A DNA stretch of 64,000 bases from Phoronis australis (taxonomy: Eukaryota; Animalia; Phoronida), in NCBI GenBank assembly GCA_002633005.1, contig NMRA01000076.1, positions 434,001 to 498,000 of the forward strand, given 5' to 3'. How positions within the stretch are numbered: position 1 is the stretch's first letter; each line of letters begins with the position of its first letter. Below, in pieces: positions 37,901 to 50,300 of the stretch. The notes under the pieces were generated by a model. It saw only the letters and a program-made list of their open reading frames with translations. It was not told the origin of the DNA and made no database searches. A program made the translations under genes and the position numbers.

Positions 37901-38831
37901 ATTTTGCCGGAAAATTGCTGGTTGTCGAGAGCCATAGCTTAAGAGTCTCACTTGATGAACAAAAATGTCAAAATCAAAATGAAGCAATGAAACTGGGCTC
38001 GATTTGATACCTCCAACACTCAATCAAAACTGAGTAGAGCAAACAGCTGGAAATTCTCAGTGCAAACTCTCGCGGCTAGTCTCGGGATCACAAGTTCTAA
38101 GAATAGAAATCATTGGTCATGTGCTGGAGTTGGCATTCCAGAGCTAGAGTTTTAGGCTGATACATAGCCTACGAGACGTAACTTTGGAACCCAAGCAGCA
38201 AGTGAACAAGCTAAAACTCTTAATTTTGTTTTCAGGAAAATTTGTCTTTTTATGAAAAACAGAAATATAGGCACTTCAGCCGCTGGTTCAACCAGGTGAG
38301 TGATGGTACTCTGATTACCTTCATTTGTTTGGTCGTGTTTTTGTTAAGAACGACAGTGTTATCAGTTTGGTAGTTGTGAATTACTTGTATGACTTAAAAG
38401 TTGATAATAAAAGTAAGATAGGGTCAATATGTAATAACTTGCAAAAGATATATTTGTTGCTCTCATAATTGTGCTAAAACTGTATCGAAGCTTGACTGAA
38501 ATTTTCAGCTGCCAACTGGATTTCCAACTTGACAGAGTCAGTCCTGCATTCCCCCGTTACTTCAAGAACCAGTCTTTTCCCTGGATATTGTTATTCCTGA
38601 ATAATTCACATGACAATGGTAGTTATTAGAGAAAAGCTACCTGTTAGGATATGAAGTAGTACTTTTACTATATAATTTGGTGCTTAAATTTTTTAACATG
38701 ACATTGTACGATTCTTATCGTTGCTATATTGATGTTAACTGCAGGTTCAAAATGTTGAAGGTGTGAGGAATTCTCTGGCAGAAATACCGTTCCAGCGAAA
38801 CGATCTCTACACAATCGGGATGGCTCACTGA
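25993..38831 (+). CDS. EEF1E1: Eukaryotic translation elongation factor 1 epsilon-1 (AIMP3/p18, GST-like multisynthetase complex subunit), ~172 aa
   Basis: Exons 25993-26070 (MTFELQHLSTFLGV..), 34001-34094 (..AVAKHLVQKAKKNSLLG), 35370-35473 (..DQWLEYKVT..), 36002-36097 (NLNTYLSDKLYFVGHQLTLADVVVFYASHRIV), 38236-38295 (..EKQKYRHFSRWFNQ), 38745-38831 (VQ..RNDLYTIGMAH*). GT-AG with consistent phases; matches recalled human motifs QWLEY, YLEDKVYL, TLAD, SRWF. AATAAA at 39451. Confidence 0.93.
26287..27287. mobile_element. Older TIR element (~35-bp imperfect TIRs) hosting the foldback MITE
   Basis: agttattgtttacaatccgactccattaacgtacat (26287-26322) is inverted relative to atgtacgttaaaagagtctgattgtaaacaataact (27252-27287). 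Confidence 0.55.
26341..26773. mobile_element. Foldback/MITE: ~190-210-bp inverted arms with internal acacgg/acggac subrepeats
   Basis: caaggtacctaaactacacggtcaacggac...gtccgttgaccgtgtagtttaggtaccttg with a ~36-bp spacer; flanked by AGTAT direct repeats. Confidence 0.9.
27490..27584. repeat. Short palindromic element, family with tttgagaaccag...ctggttctcaaa core
   Basis: Hairpin here; related copies at ~31408-31486, 35835-35915, 58610-58665 and 60165-60220. Confidence 0.7.
29476..29736 (-). pseudogene. Fragment of a transposon-borne SWIM/YqaJ-type protein (copy at 33463-33762)
   Basis: YSKESYVYDV..ISVRGKVFRSQRKSEEPH resembles the segment preceding the SWIM CxC in ISL2EU/Kolobok-associated proteins; truncated; recognised from memory only. 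Confidence 0.45.
30014..31670 (+). CDS. EEF1E1: Duplicate copy of EEF1E1 exons 2-4
   Basis: Exons 30014-30107, 30942-31045, 31575-31670 with intact splice sites, within block 28748-31937 that is repeated at 32736-36360 across an N gap. Confidence 0.9.
31938..32251 (+). mobile_element. Helentron-associated (HINE/DINE-like) element 5' end, running into the gap
   Basis: tttttatgcgcccacat..atgtggacgcatta hairpin, gtcc/cgtc microsatellite, ttcatgaaatttggca repeats; absent at the equivalent site ~36360. Confidence 0.65.
32252..32735. other. Assembly gap (other N runs at 43177-43237 and 59734-59828)
   Basis: Runs of N. Confidence 1.
34754..35166. mobile_element. hAT-type non-autonomous element (same family as 24506-24993), polymorphic insertion
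   Basis: Same TIRs; 8-bp TSD GTTTGGTG; empty site at ~30757-30764 in the other copy. Confidence 0.93.
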
Positions 38832-39539
38832 CAGGTACCTGTTGTTACGCTTACTCTGATCCTTGTGCAGACTGGGCAGGAGGTAGACGAAGATGAAGAA
38901 AACGTGTATGGATGATGAATCGGTCAAAGTTCAAAGTTCACTAAAGGATTGGTGGCATGTTACACTTCCTCTATGTTAAAACCAATGCTTGTCTATAGCT
39001 TTCAGTTCTCAATCTGGTTTGATGACGGAGTGAGAGCGTTTGTTATCAGCATCACATAGTGAATGCTGAGTCTCCCATACACATCCCACATCTTTGGTTA
39101 AGTTGTGAGCTCTCATTCAGATTATCACATCATTCGTGTTAGGGCTAATGTAGTTTGGAGTATGACCTGATTAAGGTCGTATTGCTCTTCTGGACCCATT
39201 GGTGAGATGAGCGTTCTGGTGCTTTTTTGTAGTTATGGGATCACAGACCCCTCCAGGTTATCGAAATATTTTTGTACTAACAATATGTGAGGCACCAGTT
39301 TGTTAAGCGTGGCTTTTGTGATCTGGTAAATGTGCACGACTTCTTATTTTGTGTCAGTCATTCTCAAAAACTTGCTCTAATCGTGTCATTGATTTTCCTG
39401 TGTTCACAAGTTTAACTCTTTTCATGAAAGTCAATCTCATTAAGAAAGACAATAAAATATCATTACAAATTTGAATTTTTTAAATTTTTTTAAAAAGGAA
39501 ACATGCCATAGCCAAGGGCTAATATACAGTATGGTCTTG

Positions 39540-39704
39540 AACAGGTTCTCATTCACTTCCTTGCACACATTCACAAGTAATACCGAGCTCAAAGAAATAG
39601 GAGACACCTTTGTGCAATGCTGGAATGTCAGCCAGTGAAGCCAGGATTTGAACCCAGGTCTCTCATGAGGGAGTCCAGAGCTCTAACCACAGAGCCACAC
39701 TGTC
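39540..39704 (-). mobile_element. tRNA-derived SINE head
   Basis: Minus strand has A box TGGCTCTGTGG and B box GGTTCAAATCC at tRNA-like spacing; the 3' boundary is uncertain. Confidence 0.6.
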
Positions 39705-39751
39705 TCAAAAGAATGAGACCCTTTACATAATGGTAAAGAGGGGCAGAAACA

Positions 39752-39961
39752 TCATTCAGCACCAAGAAAAGTAGGAAACGCCACTTGCAGGTGCATTGCA
39801 GGAAAACCTTTTCTGCATATGAATGCATCTCTGGTCTCCCTATTGACTCCATTGATCTTGATATAAGTGCCATCTATGGCACCTATGACACCTGGAATGC
39901 CAGCAATACGCTGGTACTCCCTTACTATGCTTGACCGCGAGACACGTGAGGTCCCAGTCAA
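39752..39961 (-). pseudogene. PIF/Harbinger (HARBI1-like, DDE_Tnp_4) transposase fragment
   Basis: GIPGVIGAIDGTYIKI..FICRKGFPAMHLQV, the motif around the first catalytic Asp; truncated. Confidence 0.88.
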
Positions 39962-41333
39962 GTCCTTACGACAATTCCATGTTATGATTTATGCCATGGT
40001 CCGAATTTTTTGCCGGCTCATCCAAAAATTTGCAAAAGTAGCCAAAGACGTTATCCCATGTTTACGCAACTCGTTTACAATTCAATGAAGAGGGCCGAGT
40101 GTTTAACTTGATTTGGAAATAACCAAATAACGGTCGGATTTGCACAAGTGGCAGGTATCTACTTGCCACCAAAGGCTAGCCTAGGCTCACGTTCTTGGGG
40201 CTTTCCAGGTGGCATGTTGCGACTTGATACGGCTTGCATTTCCAAATTTTAGGTCACGAATTTCTAGCGCCGAGTTGAATACCGACACAGAACTAGCCAT
40301 AAAATATTAAGTATGAATACTTGCTGTTGAGTAATGTCCTTGCAGTAACTTTTGATTGACGACTGGCTCATGTCCGATTACCTCCGATTTTCATTTTCAT
40401 TTGTGTAGCGTATTTCACGCAATGGCAACTGAAGTTAGCCATGCCGGGCATTTGAGAAAAGACAGCTGCACTAAACCTTACACTGACAGTTCATTGGGTT
40501 GCGGATTCTATAACATTAACATTCCCAACCATAAAGAACATCTGAGGTAGTTTTTCAAACATTTATTTTGTCAAACAACTCATTAATTGCTCTCTGAACT
40601 CAGAACTTTACAGCTAATACGCAAATAATTCTACTGATGTCACGGGACCACTGTGGCCATAAATTTAATTCTTATTATGTAACCTCTGCAACACGTGAAG
40701 ATTGCACGCGCACTTCATCGTGTGAGAATAATTGCAATCAAACTGGGGCACTGTATAGTCATTTGTCATCTGCGCACTACAGTCATTAGAATCAGATCTA
40801 ACAAGGCTACGGGACGGCACGGTACTGTTACTCCGCACTTTTGTAAATTTATTCAAGTAGTACTAATCTGAAGATAACAGAACCTTGTTGGGAAAATTCG
40901 CTGTTATGACAATTTTACCGCCATTTGGCGACACACTGTAAAATCTTATAGCTATTTCCACATTTTCTGTCGCCAAAATGGCGATCTGAAAAACGACTTT
41001 TCGAGCTCTATGCTAGCGTAGTAAAGCAAATAACGGATTCCGATCACCTGAATAGAATTGGCGCTTATTGATTTGTGTTCTTTTATAAGAATGAAAATTT
41101 CCCTTTTACCGATCCAAAAAGCTTGTACGAAGTATTTTTTCCGACGTAAATATGTGTACGAACTATTTTTCCCTCGGACGCCTACTGTACGAACTATTGG
41201 AGACAAACGGCATGTTTCAAAGCTCCTGTACGAACTAATAGAGTGTACGAATTAATAGAGAGAACACCGTACTACAATTCCTTATGACTAACTTGGGGTG
41301 TATTACATAATACTCAATTCTCTGGACTACTCC

Positions 41334-41876
41334 TGTATAAACATGTCGATTTCAAGGAGACAAAAGATCAAGCGTTCTTTTTACTACTTTCTATTCCAGA
41401 GATCACTACGCTACGACTTTACAATAAACACAATAGATGTCACTCTATGTGCTACATCCCCCTTTCTTTAACAACTAAAGTTCGTAGCAATAAAGGGTGT
41501 TGCTAGAGCTTCACGCTCAGTCTGAGATTATCTTGTCTCTACGTTGGTCAAAGCATAACTACTGAACGCAATTGGCTTTCCATCTTGCGTTAGGACGGCT
41601 GCCTCGTCGGACTAAGTCGACAAGCCAGTCGAGACTTCGTAGTTCCTGTACGACAGTTTAAAAAAGTCCCAGTTTCCAAGAACGTCACCTTTGTAGTCCA
41701 TGGGCGCTGGGGGTGGGAGATGGCGTACGTTTTCCGCCATGGTCCTGACACCATGTATAAATATGTCGATTTCAAGGAGAAAAAAGATCAAGCATTCTTT
41801 TTACTACTTTCTATTCCAGAGATCACTACGCTACGACTTTACAATAAACACAAAAGATGTCACTCTATGTGCTACA
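41334..41876 (-). mobile_element. 543-bp gypsy-derived TRIM
   Basis: 123-bp TG..CA LTRs (41754-41876, 41334-41456), PBS TGGTGTCAGGA, PPT AAAGAAAGGGGGA, 5-bp TSD ACTCC; internal gag N-terminus fused to an RNase H fragment. Confidence 0.9.
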
Positions 41877-42322
41877 ACTCCTACATGCAGTCACACTAAA
41901 CCACTCGGATCTGAGATCCATGCTCTTAACACTCTCCCTTGATCTCATATTTGTCACATTTATTATGCAGTCTTTAATAAAAAACATCATTACCAAAAAC
42001 ATAGTACACAAACTTCTTTAGTTTCACTTATACAACAACTTCATCAACATATCTGTNTGATTTGTGTTCTTTTATAAGAATGAAAATTTCCCTTTTACCG
42101 ATCCAAAAAGCTTGTACGAAGTATTTTTTCCGATGTAAATATGTGTACGAACTATTTTTCCCTCGGACGCCTACTGTACGAACTATTGGAGACAAACGGC
42201 ATGTTTCAAGGCTCCTGTACGAACTACTAGAGTGTACGAATTAATAGAGAAAACACCGTACTACAATTCCTTATGACTAACTTGGGGTGTATTACATAAT
42301 GCTCAATTCTCTGGACTACTCC

Positions 42323-42863
42323 TGTATAAATATGTCGATTTCAAGGAGACAAAAAATCAAGTGTTCTTTTTACTACTTTCTATTCCAGAGATCACTACGC
42401 TACGACTTTATAATAAACACAATAGATGTCACTCTATGTGCTACATCCCCCTTTCTTTAACAACTAAAGTTCGTAGCAATAAAGGGTGTTGCTAGAGCTT
42501 CATGCTCAGTCAGATTATCTTGTCTCTACGTTGGTCAAAGCATGACTACTGAACGCAATTGGCTTTCCGTCTTGCGTTAGAACGGCTGCCTCGTCGGACT
42601 GAGTCGACAAGCCAATCGCGACTTCGTAGTTCCTGTACGACAGTTTAAATAAGTTCCAGTTTCCGGGAACGTCGCCTTTGTAGTCCATTGGCGCTGGGGA
42701 TGGGAGATGGCGTACGTTTTCCGCCATGGTCCTGACACCATGTATAAATATGTCGATTTCAAGGAGACAAAAGATCAAGCATTCTTTTTAATACTTTCTT
42801 TTCCAGAGATCACTACGCTACGACTTTACAATAAACACAATAGATGTCACTCTATGTGCTACA
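42323..42863 (-). mobile_element. Second copy of the TRIM
   Basis: LTRs 42741-42863 and 42323-42445, TSD ACTCC; ORF MAENVRHLPSPAPMDYKGDVPGNW..AVLTQDGKPIAFSSHALTNVETR. Confidence 0.9.
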
Positions 42864-45800
42864 ACTCCTACATGCAGTCACACTAAACCACTCGGATATG
42901 AGATCATACTCTTAACGCTTTCCCTTGATCTCATATTTGTCACATTTATTATGCAATCTTTAATCAAAAACTTCATTACCAAAAACATAGTACACAAACT
43001 TCTTTAGTTTCACTTATACAACAACTTCATCAACATATCTGTCATGTTTTCTGAAGATGGAATATACAATAGGTTTACAGAACATTTCTCAACTTCTCTT
43101 ATAAAATGATACTTGATATCAATATGCTTCGATCATTGATGAGTCACATTATTCTTACACAGTGCAATTGTTCCTTNNNNNNNNNNNNNNNNNNNNNNNN
43201 NNNNNNNNNNNNNNNNNNNNNNNNNNNNNNNNNNNNNTTTTCGTTTTCTTCAAATGACTTTGATTTCACTTTGAAGTCTCCGAAAGTTATTTTTTCATTG
43301 TTCTGAGACACATAAACGATGAAGGGTTCAAATTTTTCTGGCAATCCCTTCGTGACCTTTGCGATTAACAAGCTATCGCTTATAACCTCTTTCGCTGTTC
43401 GCAGGTAAGTTGCGGCACGTTCTGCTCTGATCAGATAGTCTGTCAGAGACTCATTTGATTGCATTTTTAGTGCTGTCAGTTCGTTGTACAGCCCAATTAT
43501 TCTTGGCTTACTGCACTCAGTATAATGGTCTCGCAAAATTTTGAGTGCTTCACGATCATTATTTTTTGCATCTCGGATTATCAAGTTCAAACTTTTGTCG
43601 TCCAAGTATTGAACTAGTTCACGGAATGCTTTTTCATTCTTCTCATCATCAACGGTTTCTGCGTCGGATTCAATTATAGCTCTGTGTGTTGGGTAGGTTA
43701 GAAAGTCTTATAGTGATAAAGAATGTATTTAGCTGTGCTCCAACATCCTCCAACAGATTGGCGATGAAGTTTGGAAATTGACACAAATCTTAGACTTAAG
43801 TTAAAAGTGAACTTTTGTCACAATCAACCGACGCATGACCAAAGGAAATTGGTCAACCATTGAAACTTTTTGGGGTGCAATGAATCCTGTCTTGTTTTGT
43901 TTCACCAGCCGCCTTTCTTTGATGCAGAGTGTTGGTCTGCTAGCAGTGAAAGGCATTCTGCTCGATGTGGAACGTTGAATGCGCGATGCAGTGCGAGAAT
44001 GCGGTCGAAGGATAATACTAGTCCGATGGAGGATAATATTGTTTTATTGCAACCTCTTCTACTGATATTACTGAGTCTAATACAATGCATGCGATCATAC
44101 ACTTATATAGTGACATACATGAATCATAACAGGATATACCATACAAACATGTTTACTTCAATTCCATATGACTAACTTGCGGGTGTATTACATAATACCT
44201 AATTCTCTGGACTACTCCTACATGCAGTCACACTAAACCACTCGGATATGAGATCGTACTCTTAATGCTTTCCCTTGATCTCATATTCGTCACATTTATT
44301 ATGCAATGTTTAATCAAAAACTTCATTACCAAAAACATAGTACACAAACTTCTTTAGTTTCACTTATACAACAACTTCATCAACATATCTGTCATGTTTT
44401 CTGAAGATGGAATATACAATAGGTTTACAGAACATCTCAACTTCTCTTATAAAATGATACTTGATATCACTATGCTTCGATCATTGATGAGTCGCATTAT
44501 TCTTACACAATGCAACTGTGCCTTGTTTGTTACCCTACAATATTGGACAATACACATCAATTTGTTTCTCTATGCACATTAACAATTGTTTCAAAATAAT
44601 TCTTGATTAGAATTTGACATCGCCATATATTCGGCAGTCCTCAAAGTTGTGCAAGCTGTTTTTACATAGTCTGCACCATCTTGTTCGCGTCCTACAATCT
44701 TGTGCCTTATGCCCTTTTCGACCACATGTCCAACATTCCATTGGTTTGTTCCGTTGCTAGGTCGCCAACCTCATCACAGTGTCTTCTGCATGTTGTCTAG
44801 CATTTTCGTTTTCTTCAAGTGATTTTGATTTCACTTTGAAGTCTCCGAAAGTTATTTTTTCATTGTTCTGAGACACATGAACGATGAAGGGTTCAAACTT
44901 TTCTGGCAATCCCTTCGTGGCCTTTGCGACTAACAAGCTATCGCTTATAACCTCTTTCGCTGTTCGCAGATAACTTGCGGCACGTTCTGCTCTGATCAGA
45001 TAGTCTGTCAGAGATTCGTTTGCTTGCATTTTTATTGCCCCCAGTTCGATGTACAGCCCAATTATTCTTGGCTCACTGCACCCAGTATAATGTTCTCGCA
45101 AAATTTTGAGTGCCTCACGACCGTTATTTTTTGCATCTGGGATTATCAAGTTCAAACTTTTGTCGTCCAAGTATTGAACTAGTTCACAGAATGCTTTTTC
45201 ATTCTCATCATCAATGGTTTCTGAGTCGGATTCAATTATAGCTGTGTGTGTTGAGTAGGTTAGAAAGTCTTATAGTGATAAAGAATGTATTTAGCTTTGC
45301 TCCAACATCCTCCAACAGATTGGCGATGAAGTTTGGAAGTTGATACAAATCATAGACTTAAGTTAAAAGTGAACTTTTGTCACAATCAACTGACGCATGA
45401 CCAGAGGAAATTGGTCAATCAGTGAAACACTATGGGGTGCAATGAATCCTGTCTTGTTTTGTTTCACCAGCTGCCTTTCTTTGATGCTGAGTGTTGGTCT
45501 GCTAGCAGTGAAAGGCATTCTGCTCGATGTGGAACGTTGAATGCGCGATGCAGTGCGAGAATGCGGTCGAAGGATAATACTAGTCCGATGGAGGGTAATG
45601 TTTTATTGCAACCTCTTCTACTGATACTACTGAGTCTAATACAATGCATGCGATCATACACTTATATAGTGACATACGTGAATCATAACAGGATATACCA
45701 TACAAACATGTTTACTACAATTCCTTGTGACTAACTTGGGGGTGTATTACATAGTACTCAATTCTCTGGACTACTCCTACATGCAGTCACACTAAACCAC

Positions 45801-47235
45801 TCGGATATGAGTTCATACTCTTAACGCTTTCCCTTGATCTCATATTCGTCACATTTATTATGCAATCTTTAATCAAAAATTTCATTACCAAAATCGTAGT
45901 TCATAAACTTCTTTAGATTCACTTTAGACAACAACTTCGTAAACATATCTGCATTGTTTTCTGAAGATGGAATATACAATAGGTTTACAGAACATCTCAA
46001 CTTCTTCTCTTATAAAATGATACTTGATATCAATATGCTTCGATCATTGATGAGTCACATTATTCTTACACAATACACATCAATTTGTTTCTCATGCACA
46101 TTAACAATTGTTTCAAAATAATTCTTGAATAGAATTTGACATCGCCATATATTCGGCAATCCTCAAAGTTGTGCAAGCTGTTTTTACATAGTCTGCACCA
46201 TCTTGTTCGCGTCCTACAATCTTGTGCCTTATGCCCTTTTCGACCACATGTCCAACATTCCAATTGGTTTGTTCCGTTGCTAGGTTGCCAACCCTTGTCA
46301 CGGTGTCTTCTGTATGTTGTCTAGCATTTCCGTTTTCTTCAAATGACTTTGATTTCACTTTGAAGTCTCCGAAAGTTATTTTTTCATTGTTCTGAGACAC
46401 ATGAACGATGAAGGGTTCAATTTTTTCTGGCAATCCCTTTGTGGCCTTTGCGATTAACAAGGTTAGAGACTCAATTACTTGCATTTTTAGTGCCCCCAGT
46501 TCGCTGTACAGCCCAATTATTCTTGGCCTACTGCACCCAGTATAATGTTCTCGCAAAATTTTGAGTGCCTCGCGACCGTTATTTTTCGCATCTGGGATTA
46601 TCAAGTTCAAACTTATGTCGTCCAAGTATTGAACTAGTTCACAAAATGCTTTTTCATTCTTCTCATCATCAACGGTTTCTGTGTCAGATTCAATTATAAC
46701 TCTGTGTGTTGGGTAGGTTAGAAAGTCTTATAGTGATAAAGAATATATTTAACTTTGGTCCAACATCCTCCAACAGATCGTCGATGAAGTTTGGAAATTG
46801 ACACAAATCTTAGACTTAAGTTAAAAGTGAACTCTTGTCACAATCGACCGACGCATGACCAAAGTAAATTGGTCAACCAGTGAAACACTGTGGGGTGCAA
46901 TGAATCCTGTCTTGTTTTGTTTCACCAACCGCCTTTCTTTGATGCAGAGTGTTTGTCTGCTAGCAGTGAAAGGCATTCTGCTCGATTAGGAACGTTGAAT
47001 GCGCGATGCAGTGCGAGAATGCGGTCGAAGGATAATACTAATCCGATGGAGGATAATGTTTTATTGCAAACTCTTCTACTGATACTACTGAGTCTAATAT
47101 AATGCATGCGATCATACACTTATATAGTGACATACATGAATCATAACAGGATATACCATACAAACATGTTTACTACAATTCCTTATGACTAACTTGCGAG
47201 TGTATTACATAATACTCAATTCTCTGGACTACTCC

Positions 47236-47358
47236 TGTATAAATATGTCGATTTCAAGGAGACAAAAGATCAAGCGTTCTTTTTACTACTTTCTATTCCA
47301 GAGATCACTACGCTACAACTTTACAATAAACACAATAGATGTCACTCTATGTGCTACT
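47236..47358 (-). mobile_element. Solo LTR of the TRIM
   Basis: One 123-bp LTR between ACTCC direct repeats (47231-47235, 47359-47363). Confidence 0.9.
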
Positions 47359-50300
47359 ACTCCTACATGCAGTCACATTAAACCACTCGGATATAAGATC
47401 ATACTCTTAAGGCTTTCCCTTGATCTCATATTTGTCACATTTATTATGCAATCTTTAATCAAAAACTTCATTACCAAAAACATAGTACACAAACTTCTTT
47501 AGTTTCACTTATACAACAACTTCATCAACATATCTGTCATGTTTTCTGAAGATGGAATATACAATAGGTTTACAGAACATTTCTCAACTTCTCTTATAAA
47601 ATGATACTTGATATCAATATGCTTCGATCATTGATGAGTCACATTATTCTTACACAGTGCAATTGTTCCTTGATTGATACCCTACAATATTGGACAATAC
47701 ACATCAATTTGTTTCTCTATGCACATTAACAATTGTTTCAAAATTATTCTTGAATAGAATTTGACATCGCCATATATTCGGCAATCCTCAAAGTTGTGCA
47801 AGCTGTTTTTACATAGTCTGCACCATCTTGTTCGCGTCCTACAATCTTGTGCCTTATGCCCTTTTCGACCACATGTCCAACATTCCATTGGTTTGTTCCG
47901 TTGCTAGGTCGCCAACCTCATCACGGTGTCTTCTGTATGTTGTCTAGCATTTTCGTTTTCTTCAAATGACTTTGATTTCACTTTGAAGTCTCCGAAAGTT
48001 ATTTTTTCATTGTTCTGAGACACATAAACGATGAAGGGTTCAAATTTTTCTGGCAATCCCTTCGTGACCTTTGCGATTAACAAGCTATCGCTTATAACCT
48101 CTTTCGCTGTTCGCAGGTAAGTTGCGGCACGTTCTGCTCTGATCAGATAGTCTGTCAGAGACTCATTTGCTTGCATTTTTAGTGCCCCCAGTTCGTTGTA
48201 CAGCCCAATTATTCTTGGCTTACTGCACCCAGTATAATGGTCTTGCAAAATTTTGAGTGCTTCACGACCATTATTTTTTGCATCTCGGATTATCAAGTTC
48301 AAACTTTTGTCGTCCAAGTATTGAACTAGTTCACAGAATGCTTTTTCATTCTTAAGATCAATGGTTTCCGCGTCGGATTCAATTATAGCTGTGTGTGTTG
48401 GGTAGGTTAGAAAGTCTTATAGTGATAAAGAATATATTTAGCTTTGCTCCAACATTCTCCAACAGATTGGCGATGAAGTTTGGAAGTTGACACAAATCTT
48501 AGACTTAAGTTAAAAGTGAACTTTTGTCACAATCAACCGACGCATGACCAAAGTAAATTGGTCAACCAGTGAAACACTGTGGGGTGCAATGAATCCTGTC
48601 TTGTTTTGTTTCACCAGCCGCCTTTCTTTGAGACTTGTTAGGATCGACGCTTTTATTGTCGTTTTTTTTTTCATTTCTTTTTTGCGTCTTTACCTCTCGG
48701 GAACTCGTGTGTGTCTTTTCATAGTCACAACATGAGACGCATTACCAACCAGGCAGCAATACCAGCTTGGCATTACTTTATTTAAAGAAGGAACACATAA
48801 ACAGCACGATCACCGATCAGCTGATAGTGTTCTGCCAATATAATACGATAATGTGCAATGTCATAACTTCGCAAAGGCTTTCAGTGCGTCACCTTTGGGC
48901 ATGCAAGCTATTCAGTCTCCTGTTCTCACTCATTGTATATTATAGGCAGCACCAGTCTCTAGCTGTCTGCATCCCACAAACGTTTTTGGCCAGTACTCCG
49001 AGATCAAGTCAAGAAGTCTTTCGTTTGTATTTGTTGTGCCACCGTGGGCACATTTTGCAAGCAAGACAACATCTAACAATGACACAAACCTGGGCTGTTT
49101 GATTAAATTTCTCAACCGTGCCGCCAGACTGGGTTGCAACATGGGCAACTGCTTATCATAATTTCTTGTTGAAGTTGGGTTTTGTAGATCCAGAAAAAGT
49201 TGTGAGCACAGGATATTAATGTCACCTACATTTATTTTGTCTCTGTTCTTGTGTGTATTGTGTAGTGTTCTTGTTTTTTCCAGGGTATCAATAGGTCTAA
49301 ATTAGTAAAGAAAAGGGGAGGCTGCATCTTAATTCACATTGGCATTTTTGCAAGTTTCACTGATCACGACAGTTCGTTTTTTCCCCCCGCTCAAAATTAC
49401 CTCCAGATCACGGTTCATCAGTATGGAAAATGCTGTGCAAAAATGTCATTTTGTGATTCATGAAAAAACGCTTCGGCCCTTCATACAGTTTCGTACTTGT
49501 TAGCTGATAACATTTCATATGATTGACTAGTTTTGATCCTCGGTGTGAATTTTTTCTCGTGTTCATTAATCGACAGATCTGGTTTTACTTGAAGCAATTT
49601 GTTGTTCCATTTGTACTGTTAGTGACTAAATGCTTCATGAAAATGGTGAGCAGATAAGATGAGAAAGCATATTGTTTGAACTTGCTCATAGATGATTACT
49701 TTAAAAAAATCTCTATAGGGCCATATATGTCGCTGTAATAGTCAGGATACAAGACGAAAAATTACTCACGACAAATTTTCATAAAGACATCTAGTTTTTG
49801 CGTGGCACTGTTACGATCCTTCTTAGCAGGTGGTGCCAACATTTCTCATCAGCTATTAGGAGAGTGTTATTTGAGCATGGTGAGAAAGCTAAATTGTAAC
49901 TCTCTGACATTGTTATGTTGAAACACCTTCATTTACACGTTCTCTGTCCTGTAGAATGCACCACGCTGATTATGTTGATTGAGGTGTGCCATAATGTTGA
50001 ACCCTGTAACAGTTGCCAGGGCACCTTTTTGCCATAACAAGACCAGTCTTGTGGGGGAAAGTGTGATACATTCCTTGAAGAAATCACTGGGATCAGTGTT
50101 GACAGGCATTCAAGCAGATTTTGATTAGTGTCTCCATCTTCTGTTATTTAGTGTTACTCACTGGAGAGATGTTTGGAGGTTTGTTGCCTTGTTAGACAGT
50201 TGCCTAGTAACTGTTACCACAAAACTGCCCTTAAATTTGGCACCCTCTGCTCAAAATGATCAGTAATTTTACCTGTTTTTGTCCTGTATCCTGACCATGA

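Larger units (their letters stand above)
41271..48630 (-). mobile_element. Tandem array (~1.5-kb units, at least 4) of internally deleted copia-like retroelements
   Basis: Each unit has a gag fragment (GREALKILREHY..ESLTDYLIRAE..KGLPEKFEPF; 43144-43605, 44757-45170, 46113-46625, 47904-48317), CCHC knuckles (CWTCGRKGHKAQDC), the copia RNase H end SKHIDIKYHFIRE, a purine tract and a ~338-bp TGTT..AACA LTR-like segment (43930-44267, 45492-45826). Confidence 0.88.

Noticed and set aside
39630-39704. tRNA gene
   Set aside because: A and B boxes are present but no convincing acceptor stem or terminator; treated as a SINE head.
40925-41270. DNA element with gtacgaa subterminal repeats truncating the leftmost copia LTR
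   Set aside because: Only one plausible terminus (..acaccgta) was seen; no matching TIR or TSD, so it was not annotated.
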